DNA from: Eledone cirrhosa
Taxonomy: Eukaryota
Reading direction: 5' to 3'
DNA length: 64,000 nt
NCBI GenBank assembly: GCA_964016885.1
Contig: OZ024745.1
Coordinates: forward strand, 12,524,001-12,588,000
Under the pieces are notes generated by a model. It saw nothing but the letters and a program-made list of their open reading frames with translations, searched no databases and was not told where the DNA came from. Each line of letters opens with the position of its first letter. Positions within the stretch are counted from its first letter, which is position 1. This document shows, piece by piece, positions 12,095 through 25,489 of this stretch. The translations under genes and the position numbers were made by a program.

Positions 12095-14275
12095 ATTTAC
12101 GATAGGTTTCCATGTCATAACTTCACCAAACAAAAACCTCACCATTCCCAACTACACCAAACCAAACCCCACCATACCAAACAACACCATACTACATTAC
12201 ACCATGCTATTGATCTCAGTGTGAAAAATTTTCTTCCTGTTTTTTTTTTTTGTGTGTGCTTATCACCCAATTTGACATGAAAGGTGCTCACAATTGACTA
12301 TTTTTTTGCAAATTACCCCAAACTACCCAAACCACAAGATACCAAACCACACCATACCAAACTACACCATACAACATCATACTGTGGTAAATTTATTCAA
12401 GAACACCTACTCCTTGATCTCAGTATGAAACATTTTCTTTCGTTTATTTATTTATTTATTTTTTTTTTTGTGTGGTTACCACCCAATCTGACATCAAAGG
12501 TGCTCGCAAATGACTATTTTTTGCACATATTATCAATGAATATGACATAGAAACTTGTCAAAAATGACTAGCTTTGTAGAAAAAAGAGGGTGGAAGTGGG
12601 TGGAAATACCATTTACAAAGCTAGTCATTTTTGATTGCAGTTGAAGTCATATTTGTTGTTTAGTCAACTGCAAGCATCTTGGCAGTTGGATTGGTTAATA
12701 GCACATGGAAAAAACAGAGGAAAAATTTGTTTCTGATTTAAATCAAAGTGGAAATTAAAGTCCTTACTTTATAGGGAAACACATTATAACAAAGCAGACC
12801 ACACCACATTAAACTACCCCACATCATACCAAACTACATCATACTACATCACACCATGGTAAATTTATTGCAGATCACCTACTCCTACCATTCCCATCAC
12901 ACAATGGTATTTACATCAATGTGACAAATTTTCTTCCCTCTTTTTTTTTCCCTTTTTTTTTTGTGTGTGATTACCACCCAATCTGACATCAAAGATGGTG
13001 GCAATTGACTATTTTCTCACACATTATCAATGAATATGTCATGAAAACCTATCGTTTACTATTGGTTTCCATGTCATAACTTCACCAAACCAAACCACAC
13101 CATACCAAACTACACCAAACCATACCAAACTACACCAAGCCAAACCACAGAATACCAAACTACTACATCTCACCATACTATTGATCTGTGTGAAAAATTT
13201 TCTTCCTGTTTTTTTTTTTTTTGTGTGCTTACCACCCAATTTGACATCAGAGGTGCTCACAATTGACTATTTTATGCACATATCAATGAATTTGACATGG
13301 AAACTTGTCAAAAATGACTAGCTTTGTAGAAAAAAGAGGGTGGAAGTGGGTGGAAATACCATTTACAAAGCTAGTCATTTTTGATTGCAGTTGAAGTCAT
13401 ATTTGTTGTTTAGTCAACTGCAAGCATCTTGGCAGTTGGATTGGTTAATAGCACATGGAAAAAACAGAAGAAAAATGTTTTTCTGACTTGATTCAAAGTG
13501 GTAATTAAAGTCCTTACTTTATAGGGAAACACATTATAATAAAGCAGACCACACCACATTAAACTATCCCAAACTTTACCATACTACATCATATCATGGT
13601 AAATTTATTGGAGAACACCTACTCCTACATTTACATCATACCATGGTCTTGACATAATTTTTTTTGTGTGGTTACCACCCAATCTGACATCAAAGGTGCT
13701 TGCAATTGACTATTTTCTCACACATTATCAATGAATATGTCATGAAAACCTATCGTTTACGATTGGTTTCCATGTCATAACTTCACCAAACCAAACCACA
13801 CCATACTAAACTACACCAAACCCAAACTATAACAAACTACACCAAGCCAAACCACAGAATACCAAACTACATCATACTACATTACACCATGTTATTGATC
13901 TGTGTGAAAAATTTTCTTCCTGTTTTTTGGGGGTTTTTTTTTCCTCTGTCTGCATGTGTGCATGTGCGCGCGCGCGCGCGCGTGTGTGTGCTTACCACCT
14001 AATCTGACCTCCAAGTTGCTTGCAATTGCCTTTTCTTCACATATCAATGAATGTGACCTTGAAACTGTGGGAAATGACTAGCTTTGTCGAGAAATGAGGG
14101 CGGCAAGTGGGAGGAAAAACGATTGACAAATCTATTCATTTTTTATGGCAGTGCATATCATAGTCGTTGAGAATATGCAAAAAGAATACTTGATTGCGTG
14201 CATCTTGGAGGTCAGATAAGTTGAAAGCACATGAAAAACAAAGGAAAACAAATTTTCCAGCTAAAATTGTTCTAC
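12095..14275. repeat. Tandem array of a degenerate foldback (MITE-like) unit, period ~720-750 bp
   Basis: Perfect 21-bp hairpin arms at 12558-12578/12614-12634, repeated at 13308-13384; diverged third copy near 14070-14145; outer arms imperfectly complementary. Confidence 0.75.
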
Positions 14276-14297
14276 CTGTCTGTCTACCTACCTACCC

Positions 14298-14387
<90 letters not shown>

Positions 14388-14643
14388 GGTTAAAGAAGGT
14401 TCAATGAATAAATCAAAGAATGAGTTTTACAATAGATTGGAAGCATATTTAAATTATTAAACTGTTATATTGCTACCATGTATTTTTAAAACTTTCTCAC
14501 ACGTACCCTCTCTATTGTATGTATTATCTTTTTCTCATGTTTTCAATATTAAGGTATATAAATATTGGATTTTGTCATATATTATTCACTACCACGACTG
14601 AATCTTAACCATCTACCATGTCAGGGTATGTCATGCATCATCT

Positions 14644-14709
14644 TATTTTATCTGATGAGGACATACTGTTGAAGTTAACTCAGACCTCTGAAATATGTAT
14701 AATAAAATA
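14644..14709 (+). ncRNA. Type I hammerhead ribozyme motif (degenerate stem II) in a (TA)n-flanked relic
   Basis: TATTTTAT-CTGATGA...GAAA-TATGTAT-A-ATAAAATA; perfect 8-bp stem I, near-palindromic stem III. Confidence 0.55.
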
Positions 14710-14757
14710 TACTTGATCACAAGAATATCTATTTTGTTAATATTTCGAATTAATATA

Positions 14758-14809
<52 letters not shown>

Positions 14810-14811
<2 letters not shown>

Positions 14812-16960
14812 GCGACAGACAAGATTTGTGGTTGGAGCAAGATGACAGGGAGGAGGAGAGTGACTTGGTGATGGAACAATAAGGTAGAATGGGGGAAGCA
14901 GGGTACATTACATAGAGACAGGAGGGAAACTAGGCGATAAGTATACTTAGCTAGAAGGGAAGCGGAGGATAGAAAATTGAAGCATGTTTTGCAGCGTGGG
15001 GACCAGAAACAGGAGGTGTTCAGGATCGCAAGGCAGTGTGTCAGAGAGAATTGTGATGTCATTGGAGAGAAGTGTATCCGGAATGATAAAGGTGAGCTTG
15101 CCCTCACAAGTGCCGAGAAGAAAGCTGCGTGGAAGAGCCATTGTGAAAGATTATTAAATGAGGAGAATGCATGGGAGAAAGAGACTCTACTCCAAGTGGA
15201 CCCTATAGAGGGGCCAGCAGTACAAGTCAGCAGCAGTGTAGTAAGTAAGGCAATCAAAGATATGAAGACTGGGAAGGCAACCAGTCCAACGGGTATAGCT
15301 GCCAAGATGCTGAAAACAATTGGATCGGTAGGTCACACTAGATCCACACATATTGTTAACCAGGTAATACTAGAGTGTGTCATACCAAAGGATTGGCACA
15401 GCAGCATCATTGTCAACTGCTACGAGGATAAAGGAAATGCACTAGATAGAGGAAACTAGAGCTATAAAGCTGATGGACCAGGTCATGAAAGTAACGGAGA
15501 GAGATATAGCACAGTTGATTAGGGACTGGGTAAAACTTGATGAGATGCAGTTTGGGTTTGTGCCAGGAAGAGGCTCCACTGATGCCCTCTTCTTTGTGAA
15601 GCAGTTACAGGAAAAGTATCTAGTTAAAAGTAAGCCTCTCTACCTGGCATTTGTCGATCTGGAAAAAGCCTTCAATAGAGTGCCCCATGCTATAATCTGG
15701 TGGGCTCTTAGAAAACTAGGAGTAGATGAATGGCTTGTGAAAGCTGTACAAACCATGAATAGGGGGGCAGTCAGCAAAGTTAAGGTTAACAATGACTATA
15801 GCGAGGAATATAGCATACAGGTCGGTGTCCACCATGGCTCTGTTCTTAGCCCTCTCCTGTTCATTATAGTATTGCAGGCAATAACAGAAGAGTTTAAGAC
15901 TGGATGCACATGGGAACTCCTGTATGCGGATGATCTCAGACTTATAGCTGAATCTATGGTGGAACTAGAGAAGAAATATCAAACATGGAAGAAGGGACTA
16001 AAAAGAAAGGGTCTCAAAGTCAACTCGACAAAGACTAAGGTCCTCGTAAGTAGATGAGAAAACAGATCCCAGATCCCCTCAGGGAAGTGGCGTTGCTCAG
16101 TATATAGGAAAGGTGTAGGTAGGAACTCCATCCTCTGCCCCAAATGCAAACAATGGGTACACAAGAAGTGTAGTGGGATCTCAGGAAGCTTAGCTAAGAA
16201 TGTAGGATTTACATGTAGCAGCTGCACCGGGACAGCAAGCAGCAAACAGCCACAGGAAAGAAGCACCTCCAAACTCTGGGAGGACTCAGTAGAAACAGTA
16301 GACAGCTTTTGCTACCTAGGTGACCAAATTAGCAGTGGAGATGGGTGCTCGGAAAGTACAATAACTAGGGTAAGAATGGGAAGGAAGAAGTTCAGGGAGC
16401 CACTGCTAACTGCTAAAGGCTTTTCCCTCAAAATGAAAGGCAGACTGTATGATGCGTGCATTCGAACAGCAATGTTACATGGTAGTGAGACATTATATCT
16501 AGAATAAGGACAGGTTGGAAGAAGTTTAGGGGGCTGCTTCCTCTGTTGACGAAGAAAGGTTTCTCCCTGTGTACGAAAGGTCGGTTATATGATGCATGTG
16601 TGAGACACACTGCTGCATGATACGACCAAGCATAGATGAGTTGGGAGAGAAACTACGTATAAGAGGGATAAGTTATAGTGTGCGGGAGAGAAGACTGCAA
16701 TGGTATGGACATGTGATGCGCATGGAGGATGACCGCTTGGTAAAGTGCCAAGAAAACCCAGTAGAAGGAAGATGTGGTAGAGGAAGACCACGGAAAACAT
16801 GGGCGGAGGTGGTGAGAGCAGACCTCAGATTGCTGGAGCTCGCGGAGGAGATGACGAAGGACCGTGACAAATGGAAAGATGCTGTGCTGAATAGGACCCG
16901 TCCCACACTTGCAAGCAGGGAAAAGTGGACGTAAAATGTTGATGATGAATGATGATGATA
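14810..16960 (+). mobile_element. 5'-truncated RTE-group LINE with a Cys-rich PHD-like insert after RT; (GAT)n tail; composite 3' end
   Basis: QFGFVPGRGSTDA, FVDLEKAFNRV, GVHHGSVLSPLLF, LLYADDL; C-rich segment 16085-16230; FCYLG; RRLQWYGHVMR; GRGRPRKTW; gatgat tail. Confidence 0.9.
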
Positions 16961-17007
16961 TATATGTTTATATGTATGTATATGTATATACATATGTATG
17001 CATGTAT

Positions 17008-17100
<93 letters not shown>

Positions 17101-17104
17101 ATGT

Positions 17105-18598
17105 GGATAGTGCACAATGTGGATAGTGTTGCCTTATCTGAAACAAGAGGGTCATACCACTGAGATGTCCAGTGGCTATATGTTTTACTGGAGTGGCAGA
17201 GCAGCAGGGTGCAAAAGGGAGGAAGGTGTGAGTTTTGCAGTGAAAACATCTTTGGTGTCGACACTTGACCAGTTTTCAAGTGGCGTCAGTGATCATCTCA
17301 TGTCAATGAGAATTCCTCTGATGTACAATCGGTACCTTACCATTGTCAGTGTATATGCCCTGACGATGAACTCCAATGAAGACGAGAAACTCACCTTTTA
17401 CAGGTCTTTGAAGGAACTTGTCAAAAAGATTCCTTCAGCAGACAAAATTGTCATACTTGGTGATTTCAAAGCACGTGTTGGCAGGGATTACGAGACTTGG
17501 GATGTGATCGGCAGGCATAGCATGGGAAAATGTAACAGCAATGGTCTCCTCTTGCTACAGATGCGTGTGGAGTTAGATTTGTTCATTGCAAGCACGATGT
17601 TCCAGCAAAAGGATAAGTTCAAGACAACATGGATGCATCCTGGGTCGAAAATGAGGCATCTAATCGACTATGTTCTTGTGAAGAAATGTGACGCAGAATA
17701 TCAAGTATGTGTGTATTCTGCGTGGTGCAGAGTGCTGGACAGACCATCGTCTGGTGCGTGCCAAGGCAAACTTTGTGATCAAACCTCAAACAAGAGCAAA
17801 TGGTGTAAAAATTCCAAAGCCCTTGAATATGGATTGTATGAAAGATAAGGGTGTCAAGGAAGAGCTGAGTTGCAGGCTTGAAAGCATTGATCGTGCGAAC
17901 AACTGGAATGACTTCAGGAGCTCAGTCTATGAGGCTTCAGCTGAGGTCTTTGGCTTTGTCACAAGAAAACACAAGGACTGGTTTGATGAGAATAACAGGG
18001 AGGTCAAGGCTCTGCTGGACAGAAAACAAAAAGCACTTGATGCAGTTCTTAAAGGTGGTAGCTCTATTGGTGACAATTATGAGTGTTACAGACATGTAAA
18101 GAAGGAGATGCAGGTGAAACTCGGGCCAGGCAAAATACCTGATAGAGCAACAAAGCAGATGAGGTTCAAGCGGCTTCTGATGGCAAATATGTGTAACTGC
18201 TGCTTTCTCTATTCAGAGAGGTGTATGGTCCTTTTAGCTCACCAGTGATACCATTGAGATCAAAAGATGGCAAGCAGTTGCTGCACGATACAAAAGACAT
18301 ACTCGACAGATGGAGAGATCACTTTGATGAGCTCTTAAACCAGCCATCCCAGGTTGATGATGATTTCATTTGCTCCATTCCTATTGAACCAGTGAAGCAT
18401 ATGAGATGGCTAATGTATCTTCTCTTGCAGAGGTGACTTTTGCTGTGGTAAGTCTCCTGGTATGGATGGTCTGAGTGCAGAGATTTTGAAGTGCGGTGGT
18501 GAAAACTTCATGCAGCACCTGACCTCATGAAAAAGGTGTGGGAAGATGAGAATGTCTCACAAGATTGGAAGGATGCACTCATGGTGATTCTCATGGTG
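17105..18598 (+). mobile_element. RTE LINE 5' portion (APE endonuclease to start of RT), decayed; related to 2534-5570
   Basis: VALSETR, YMFYWSG, LGDFKARVG, TTWMHPGSK, LIDYVLV, GAECWTDH, DWFDEN, SPGMDG, PQDWKDA. Confidence 0.9.
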
Positions 18599-18601
18599 AA
18601 C

Positions 18602-19182
18602 TGAGTTTGAATCCCTAAAACTCGAGAAGTACCCAACCGACTTTTTTCAAACTTTACATGTGTATTACTTATGTTTCACGGAGTGTTATGCATATAAAAA
18701 ATTCAACTTTTGATCCCCTAGGGCCCACATTAGTTGAAAAACTGCGATTTTTCAGGTTTTAGGGTTTTTTTTAGTCGTTACGTCAGAATGATTTCCTTGA
18801 AATTGTAACTATCTATTAATCAGTCTCTTCTTCATACCGTGAGCAAAGAAAATCCAACTTTTTTATGGCCTAGGACCCGCATTAGGTGAAAAACTTCATT
18901 TTTTCAGCTTTTTAGGGCCTTCTAGCCGATTTTCCCGAAATTTCAAGGCATATTATTCACATAAAAAAAATTCATTTTCTTGATCCCTAGGGCCCGCATG
19001 AGGTGAAAATCTGCATTTTTCCTGCTTCATCGAGGGAAATCTTAAAGATTATCCAGCCATCAGAATATTCGGTTTATTTTCTTTACATATTGTCCAGGCA
19101 TGCAGTTTTTCCATGATTAGGTCTGTTGGCGGCCCGCGTTCCAAAATACCTTATCCCGTGCAACGCCGGGTACCACTGCTAG
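18602..19182 (+). mobile_element. Non-autonomous Helitron with intact 3' end
   Basis: Ends CCCGTGCAACGCCGGG hairpin + TACCACTG + CTAG followed by T; body homologous to 36278-36834. Confidence 0.8.
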
Positions 19183-19369
19183 TATGTAATATGAGGTTAT
19201 TTCCCTTCAACAGTGTTTGTCAATATTAATTCTCTAATGTATAGATTCTTTTCTTTTCTCCTTTCCTCATAATCTTTTAATTCATATTTTATAATGAAAG
19301 TTTTGAACCAATATGAGAATTTCTTTTCAGTAGAAACAATAGTTTATAACTTTGCCTATTAATCCGTAT

Positions 19370-20075
19370 GGTGAGCAAATGGGGTCCCATATGCTGGCCT
19401 CCCCATATCCCCAGCAGACAGGATGGAGAAGATGTTTCCCCGGAAGACGGTCAGGGAGATGCGCTGGAAGAACCATTCCAACTCGCGAGGCGCACACCTG
19501 CGGCTGGCCAGCTCAGCACCTATGGTGGTGAATGGGAGGTAGTCCTAGGGCCAAGGACACCAGACGTCTCCACAACCAAGGGCACGACCGCGAATCTGTT
19601 GGGGATCGACCGGTATTTGGAAAATTTGGCCTCCTCAGCCCGACGTGCAGCAGTACCTGGGTTAGTCGCAGACTGCACCAGGTAGCGGCTGGAGAAAGTG
19701 TCGCTGCAAGTGGCATCCCAGACGAGGGATTTGCCACCGCGGAACGGAAGATGGTCATCCACTCGATCCAGCCCCATCGGCTCGAGTTGGGAGGGGAAGC
19801 CTACAGCGTCCAAGCCATGCTCAATGACCTTGTTGAGGGCAGCATGGCGTGTAAGGCGGCTGGCACTGTGGCGACAGGAAAGCAGGGTTTGGAGGCCGCG
19901 CGAAAACAGGCAAGGGGGTGCTGGTCGAGCTGGCGCGGGAGGCTGTTGAGGCCAGGCTGCACTGGATGGTATCCCATAAGCTTTGGGGGAGAAGGAGGAG
20001 GGACGTCTACTGGTGTAAGTCCCAGCCTGTCCCACGTCTCATAGGCGACTTCACGCTCCCTGAACACAGAGGGTT
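19370..20075 (-). mobile_element. CRE-clade non-LTR retrotransposon 3' fragment (Zn knuckle + restriction-like endonuclease)
   Basis: H.LAC, RHAALN, LEPMGL, GKSLVWDATCSDT, AEEAKFSKY, PLVVETSGVLGP and downstream FQRISLTVFRGN. Confidence 0.8.
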
Positions 20076-20127
20076 CTATTATTTGCTCAAATAATTATAA
20101 ATAATAAAATACTCAAAATTACATATG

Positions 20128-20250
20128 TAAATAATTGTTTCTACTTTTGGCAAAAGGCCAACAATTATCCCAGTGCATTACTGGTACTTTATTTTATCGA
20201 CCCCGTAAGGATGAAAGACAAAGTTAACCTCGATGGGATTTGAACTCAGA
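20128..20250 (-). mobile_element. tRNA-derived SINE fragment (same family as 33997-34214)
   Basis: ggtactttattttatcgaccccgtaaggatgaaa...atttgaactcag; other copies near 22420-22520, 31838-31983, 37190-37310, 39618-39732 and 48255-48345. Confidence 0.8.
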
Positions 20251-20360
20251 CTGTACATATGTAAATAATATTATATTCTTCTATACCGGGTTTGATTACT
20301 TTAACAATTTACATACAAAAAAAAACCAAACTAAAAAACCAAAACCCAAACAAAAAAAAA

Positions 20361-20430
20361 CCCGTTGAGCGGAATCGAACTCCCATTTGAAAGATGGTGA
20401 ACAGCGGCGCTACAAATGTACCACAGTGGG
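20361..20430 (-). pseudogene. tRNA-like Pol III unit (SINE head or tRNA pseudogene)
   Basis: A-box TGGTACATTTG and B-box GAGTTCGATTCC at tRNA spacing; imperfect acceptor stem. A related unit lies at ~20672-20735; both are duplicated near 37517-37890. Confidence 0.45.
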
Positions 20431-21227
20431 AACGCTTCTTTGTTTCTCATTTTAGGGCTAATATATTGCACGATTTTAACAAGGAAGCGTTCAACCTGTG
20501 TGTGTATGTGCGAGGAAGATTAAAAATATAACTGAAAGTTATTTCTTTTTCTTAGGTTGTATGCTGTTTAAAACGCCCATAATTTGATGAGACGATCTAA
20601 AAACTGTACTAACTAGGCAATTTGATTTTCTGTTGGATTTTATAAAGGAATTCGATACAAAAAATATCTGTAGTCTGTATCGGACTCACCCTTGACATGA
20701 GGAGAATAACTGCGCTACTACGGTACCACGGCGCCAATCGCCAGTATAGATCTTATTCTGAATACTTACCCTTGCGTCCAGAGTAACCGTCGATTTTTGT
20801 TGGGTTTCTTCATGAGTGACACTCGGAAGTCTCCCCCTATTGCGGAATATTCTTTTGCTTAAATTCTTTACCTTTGTTATTTTTAAGATTTTTTTTTACA
20901 CGAAAACACCTACAATATTTCATCCTGTACCAGTGGTCACGTAGCAGAAGGCACCCAGAGAACGAACGTTTGGGTCCCTGGCAAGCGAGAAGGACCCTCC
21001 TAAGCTCGACGATGTTGATCGACGTAGTTTGAGGAAGCATTAAACAGGATCGCTGTCTCGTCTGGGTGGCAGTGAATGGCTGAAGCTGCACAGGCGAGGG
21101 GAAGAGGCAGCTGCTACAGCGTCACATTAAGAAAGCATTTGAAGTTTGTCGTGTAAGATAGAAACAAGAGAAGTGGTGAAACATACCGCACCCTGGACAT
21201 TTGCAGGCTTCCTATCTTTTTTAAGTA

Positions 21228-21284
<57 letters not shown>

Positions 21285-21316
21285 CACACATAACATACAT
21301 ATATATTATATATACA

Positions 21317-21473
21317 TGGACACACTGGAAGAAGAAGACCAAGGTTAACGTATGTTGATGCCCTAAGGACAGACACTGGTCTGTTGGAGACGCAGGACAT
21401 GGCAGCGATAATGAGGGACAGAGACCGCTGGAGAGAACTCGGCCATGGATCTCGGGAATTTTACCCACCCTAG
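21317..21473 (+). mobile_element. RTE-type LINE 3' end fragment
   Basis: Reads [19 protein letters not shown]...MRDRDRWRE then stop; copies at 38496-38650 (+) and 44237-44319 (-). Confidence 0.75.
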
Positions 21474-21476
21474 ATA

Positions 21477-21540
<64 letters not shown>

Positions 21541-21602
21541 AGAGAAGTGGTGAAAAATACCACACCCTGAATATTTCCAGGCTTCCTATCTTTTTTAAGT
21601 AA

Positions 21603-22216
21603 TACATACATGGTGGCTGCCAACTCGTTTTCGAGTACGGCCACTACTTTATATCCATGTAGGAGAACCCCTACCGATGCGCTGAACGAGTGTGACTTTT
21701 TAGTCCAGCCAGCGACTTGAAAACTCTGGTACAAACACTACACTTGTGACAATTATTGACACATAGTGCTGGGCCCATGGTACCATGTGACGACAAGTGC
21801 AGAGAGATCTCCAGATATAAAGCAATGCCTGTGCCGTGAAGCTTTTATAGTGAGCAAAGGCACTGCGCAAAGCCAGTCCCACTATCTTAACCAAGATGAT
21901 ATTTACCAAAAAGAAGAACAAGTCAACATCATTGGATACCATCAGGGTTGCAGGTGTTATATCAGAGTTTTCCTTCTCCTAGAATTCTGCCTTGACAAAG
22001 GCTAAGGGGTCATCTCTCCCTGTGATTTTGGATGGCCATTGACTCTTAAGAGCTCCTTTGCCCTTTGACAGGTTTTGTTTTTAGTCCTGCAGGATGTCCA
22101 AAGTCACCCTCCTCACCAAGAAACCTTGGTAGGGTTGCCAGTTTAGTCGCCAACGACCCGACCATGAGACAGGTTGTACTGGGATACATGTTACCAGTAG
22201 CACCAACTGGTGACCT
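21603..22216 (-). mobile_element. Internally deleted RTE derivative (5' UTR joined to the C2H2-finger 3' end)
   Basis: 5' part has CTAGGAGAAGGAAAACTCTGAT (RTE UTR-like). 3' part encodes CSVCTRVFKSLAGLKSHTRSAH then a (TATG)n tail. No EN or RT between them. Confidence 0.6.
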
Positions 22217-22286
22217 GACATACATACATACATACATACATACATACATACATACATACATACATACATACATACATACATACACA

Positions 22287-22376
<90 letters not shown>

Positions 22377-23481
22377 CTCTACGGTTCTTATATATTTGAT
22401 ATATATTTATCCTTGCCATTCTGAGGTTAACTTTGCCTTTCATCCTTACGGGGTCGATAAAATAAAGTACCACTAATGGACTGGGTAATTGCTGGTCTTG
22501 TGCCAAAAGTAGAAACAATTATTACTATATATATATATATATATATAATAATAATATATCATATATATATATATATACATACACACACACTCACACACAC
22601 ATAACATACATACACATATGTATGTATATTATTGAACCCTGAACGTTTCTTATCTTTTTTAAGTAATACATACATACATATATTATATATATGTATATAT
22701 ATACACACACACACATAAGTGGTGAAACATACCACACCCAGAACATTTCAAGGCTTCCTATCTTTTTAAAGTAATATATACCTATATATATATTATTTCA
22801 GAGTAAAAAACAATTTATTCAAATTAATTTATAATTTCCATACCTGTCGGGACTCAGGAAATAGTGAAATATTTTTTTGCAAATTTCAGTTAAGTGAAAG
22901 AAATATTTTGTTTATATAAATATATATGTATATACATAATAAAGTAAAAGGTCTGTACAAGTTTTTGTTTTCTCAGCGAAATAGTTTACTTTTCTAACGA
23001 AACAAATTTCAGTTTTCGAAAGTTAAACAACGCCATTACAACCAGCCAACGTTTTGTTACTATGTTAGTTGCATTCCAACCAGTCTAACGCTTTGTGTTG
23101 TTGCTATTATCAACGATCTTTCTTAGTTAAAATAAACGGTTTAAAATATATAGAAGACATTTTATTTCTTATATCACTTTTTACTTCTGGAATTAGTCTT
23201 ACTATTCGAGCGGAGAATTACTTCAAATTCTGTTCAACATCTCAGCTTCTATTCTTCGGTTTCTTGGGACTGTTTTTCAATCAAACCTACCCCAAGTCTC
23301 ACACACACACATATATAAAATCCAAAGCGGGCTCGATAAGGATAAATATTAAGAACCCTAGAGCAAATATTTATATATAAAAGCAGATTAAAGTTTTGTC
23401 ATACCGGTAACCGGATAGTACTTACTACCCGTCATATTTATAGTTGTATTAAACAGATATAAATAAATAAATATATATATA

Positions 23482-23552
<71 letters not shown>

Positions 23553-24893
23553 ATCGTTGCTTTCACCCTTTGTTATTTTAATAAATATATTTTTCAATGA
23601 CAAATATAACAAACTAGTGAATATCATAAACATGCATTTATTCATCAATATACACAAAAGATTTTCGTAACATTATTCATTCCATTAACAAACATTTTGC
23701 TGCTGAATTAGAATCATTCATTCTTTACAGAATCTGAAAGAAAAAAAAATGAGTTGTATTTTTCATCTGGACATCGGCAGATATGAGCTAGAAAAAATCT
23801 ATTTCCAACACATATTCACCGATGTCTAGATTAATAATATGTGTGTATGTATGCATGTGTGTGCGTTTCGTATCGAAGGCCTTCACTCCCGAGGAGAGCC
23901 ATTGTGTATTGGTGTTCACCATTCTTCTCCAGTTTTCGAATTTTTTTGGTATCGAGAGTAAATCTCTTGTCTTCTCGGAAGCCCCAGGTTTCCCTGCCCT
24001 GGAAGAGCCTGGTCAAGAGTTCATACAGCGCGTGCGGCTGTACCGTACACCTTGCAACTAGGTTACAGGGGGTGTTTAAGAACCCAAGACTACCTGGTAA
24101 ACGTCGAAAACAAGGTGAAGATGACTGCTACTTCACACTAGTCTTCAAGACGGACTCAACTACAAACCATATCGGGTTACCCGTGGCAGTAGACTGATTA
24201 ATTATTTCAAATCACATCTATTTATAACCTTCTATAGATGTTATAAGCATTATGACGTCATAATGACAATATGGAGGAATTTTAAATGTTAAGTTTTCAA
24301 TTTTTTTTTCTTCTTTTTTTGCAAAAAAACAAAATATTTATTTATGAATAACTAATCCCCCCCATCCCCTTCTCATTCTTCTTTGACACTAGGGTCCTTC
24401 CCATTCCCCACCCCCTTTCCGTATTTTCTCTCGTTTTTTCTTAATATTTTCCTATTTTACATTGCATTAATAAAGGAAAGAGCAATAAATAAATAAATAA
24501 ATAAATAAAAGGGAAAGAAAAAGGCTATGTGGTGAGGATGAAACCCTGTACGTATTGCCGGGTGGCATATCTCAGCTGTGTCTAGCAGACAAGATGGCGA
24601 GAATATTGCCACAATGAACAATTGACGATACCCATCAGTCCTTTTAACTGGAGGACACCTTTCTCAGCTTTTGATGCTTTCGTCCCGATTTGACAGACGA
24701 AAACAACATTCCGGGTATTAACAGACAAAATGTTTAAACGTCGACTGACAAAAAAAGGAATCAGTCAATTTATGTCTTGTATTTGTTCATTTTCCACTCC
24801 CTTACATTGTAAGAGTTAGATTTGACAAAATTTCAGATTTAAATCAGGGGTTTGGAATTCAAGGATTCAAAGGTCCATTACGCCCTGGGGAAG

Positions 24894-24969
<76 letters not shown>

Positions 24970-25489
24970 CAGCTCACATCTATGCATGTTTAGCTGGCCT
25001 CCTCCAAGGTATATCTCGTTGGAGGTGTCTTGGGTAATTTAATGATAGTGACCCCAGTCCTATCATCTCATTTCTACAGCTGAATAAACTGGAGCAACGT
25101 GAAAAAAAGTGTCTTGCTCAAGGAAACAACACATCACCCGGTCCGAGAATTGAAGCATGGCGTCCGACCTCTACCGATACAGCAAATTTCCACCATTAAT
25201 AATGATAATCTACAATACAGCTGAAAATCCCCCGGAACAGACGAGTGACTGGTTAGTTCGTTATCATCGACACCGAGATCGCCCCACCCTCGAGAACGTC
25301 GTCGTACTTGTGCACCACCAGTCCTCTATAGAACTCTAATGTAGAATGTCCATTGACCGCAATGCCCAATTAGTAGACGGCTGTGTGCGCCTGACAAAAT
25401 TCCTGATAGCAGGCACCCAATCTTGGTCTTTGCTTGATCTACGATTGCATCTCAGTGAAAGAGACAAGCTAGGGAAATAGGTGCTTTAC

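Noticed and set aside
20361-20430. Functional tRNA gene
   Set aside because: Acceptor and anticodon stems do not pair properly; kept only as a tRNA-like relic.
24675-24705. TTTCGTC...GACGAAA hairpin resembling a hammerhead half
   Set aside because: No CUGANGA core on either strand.
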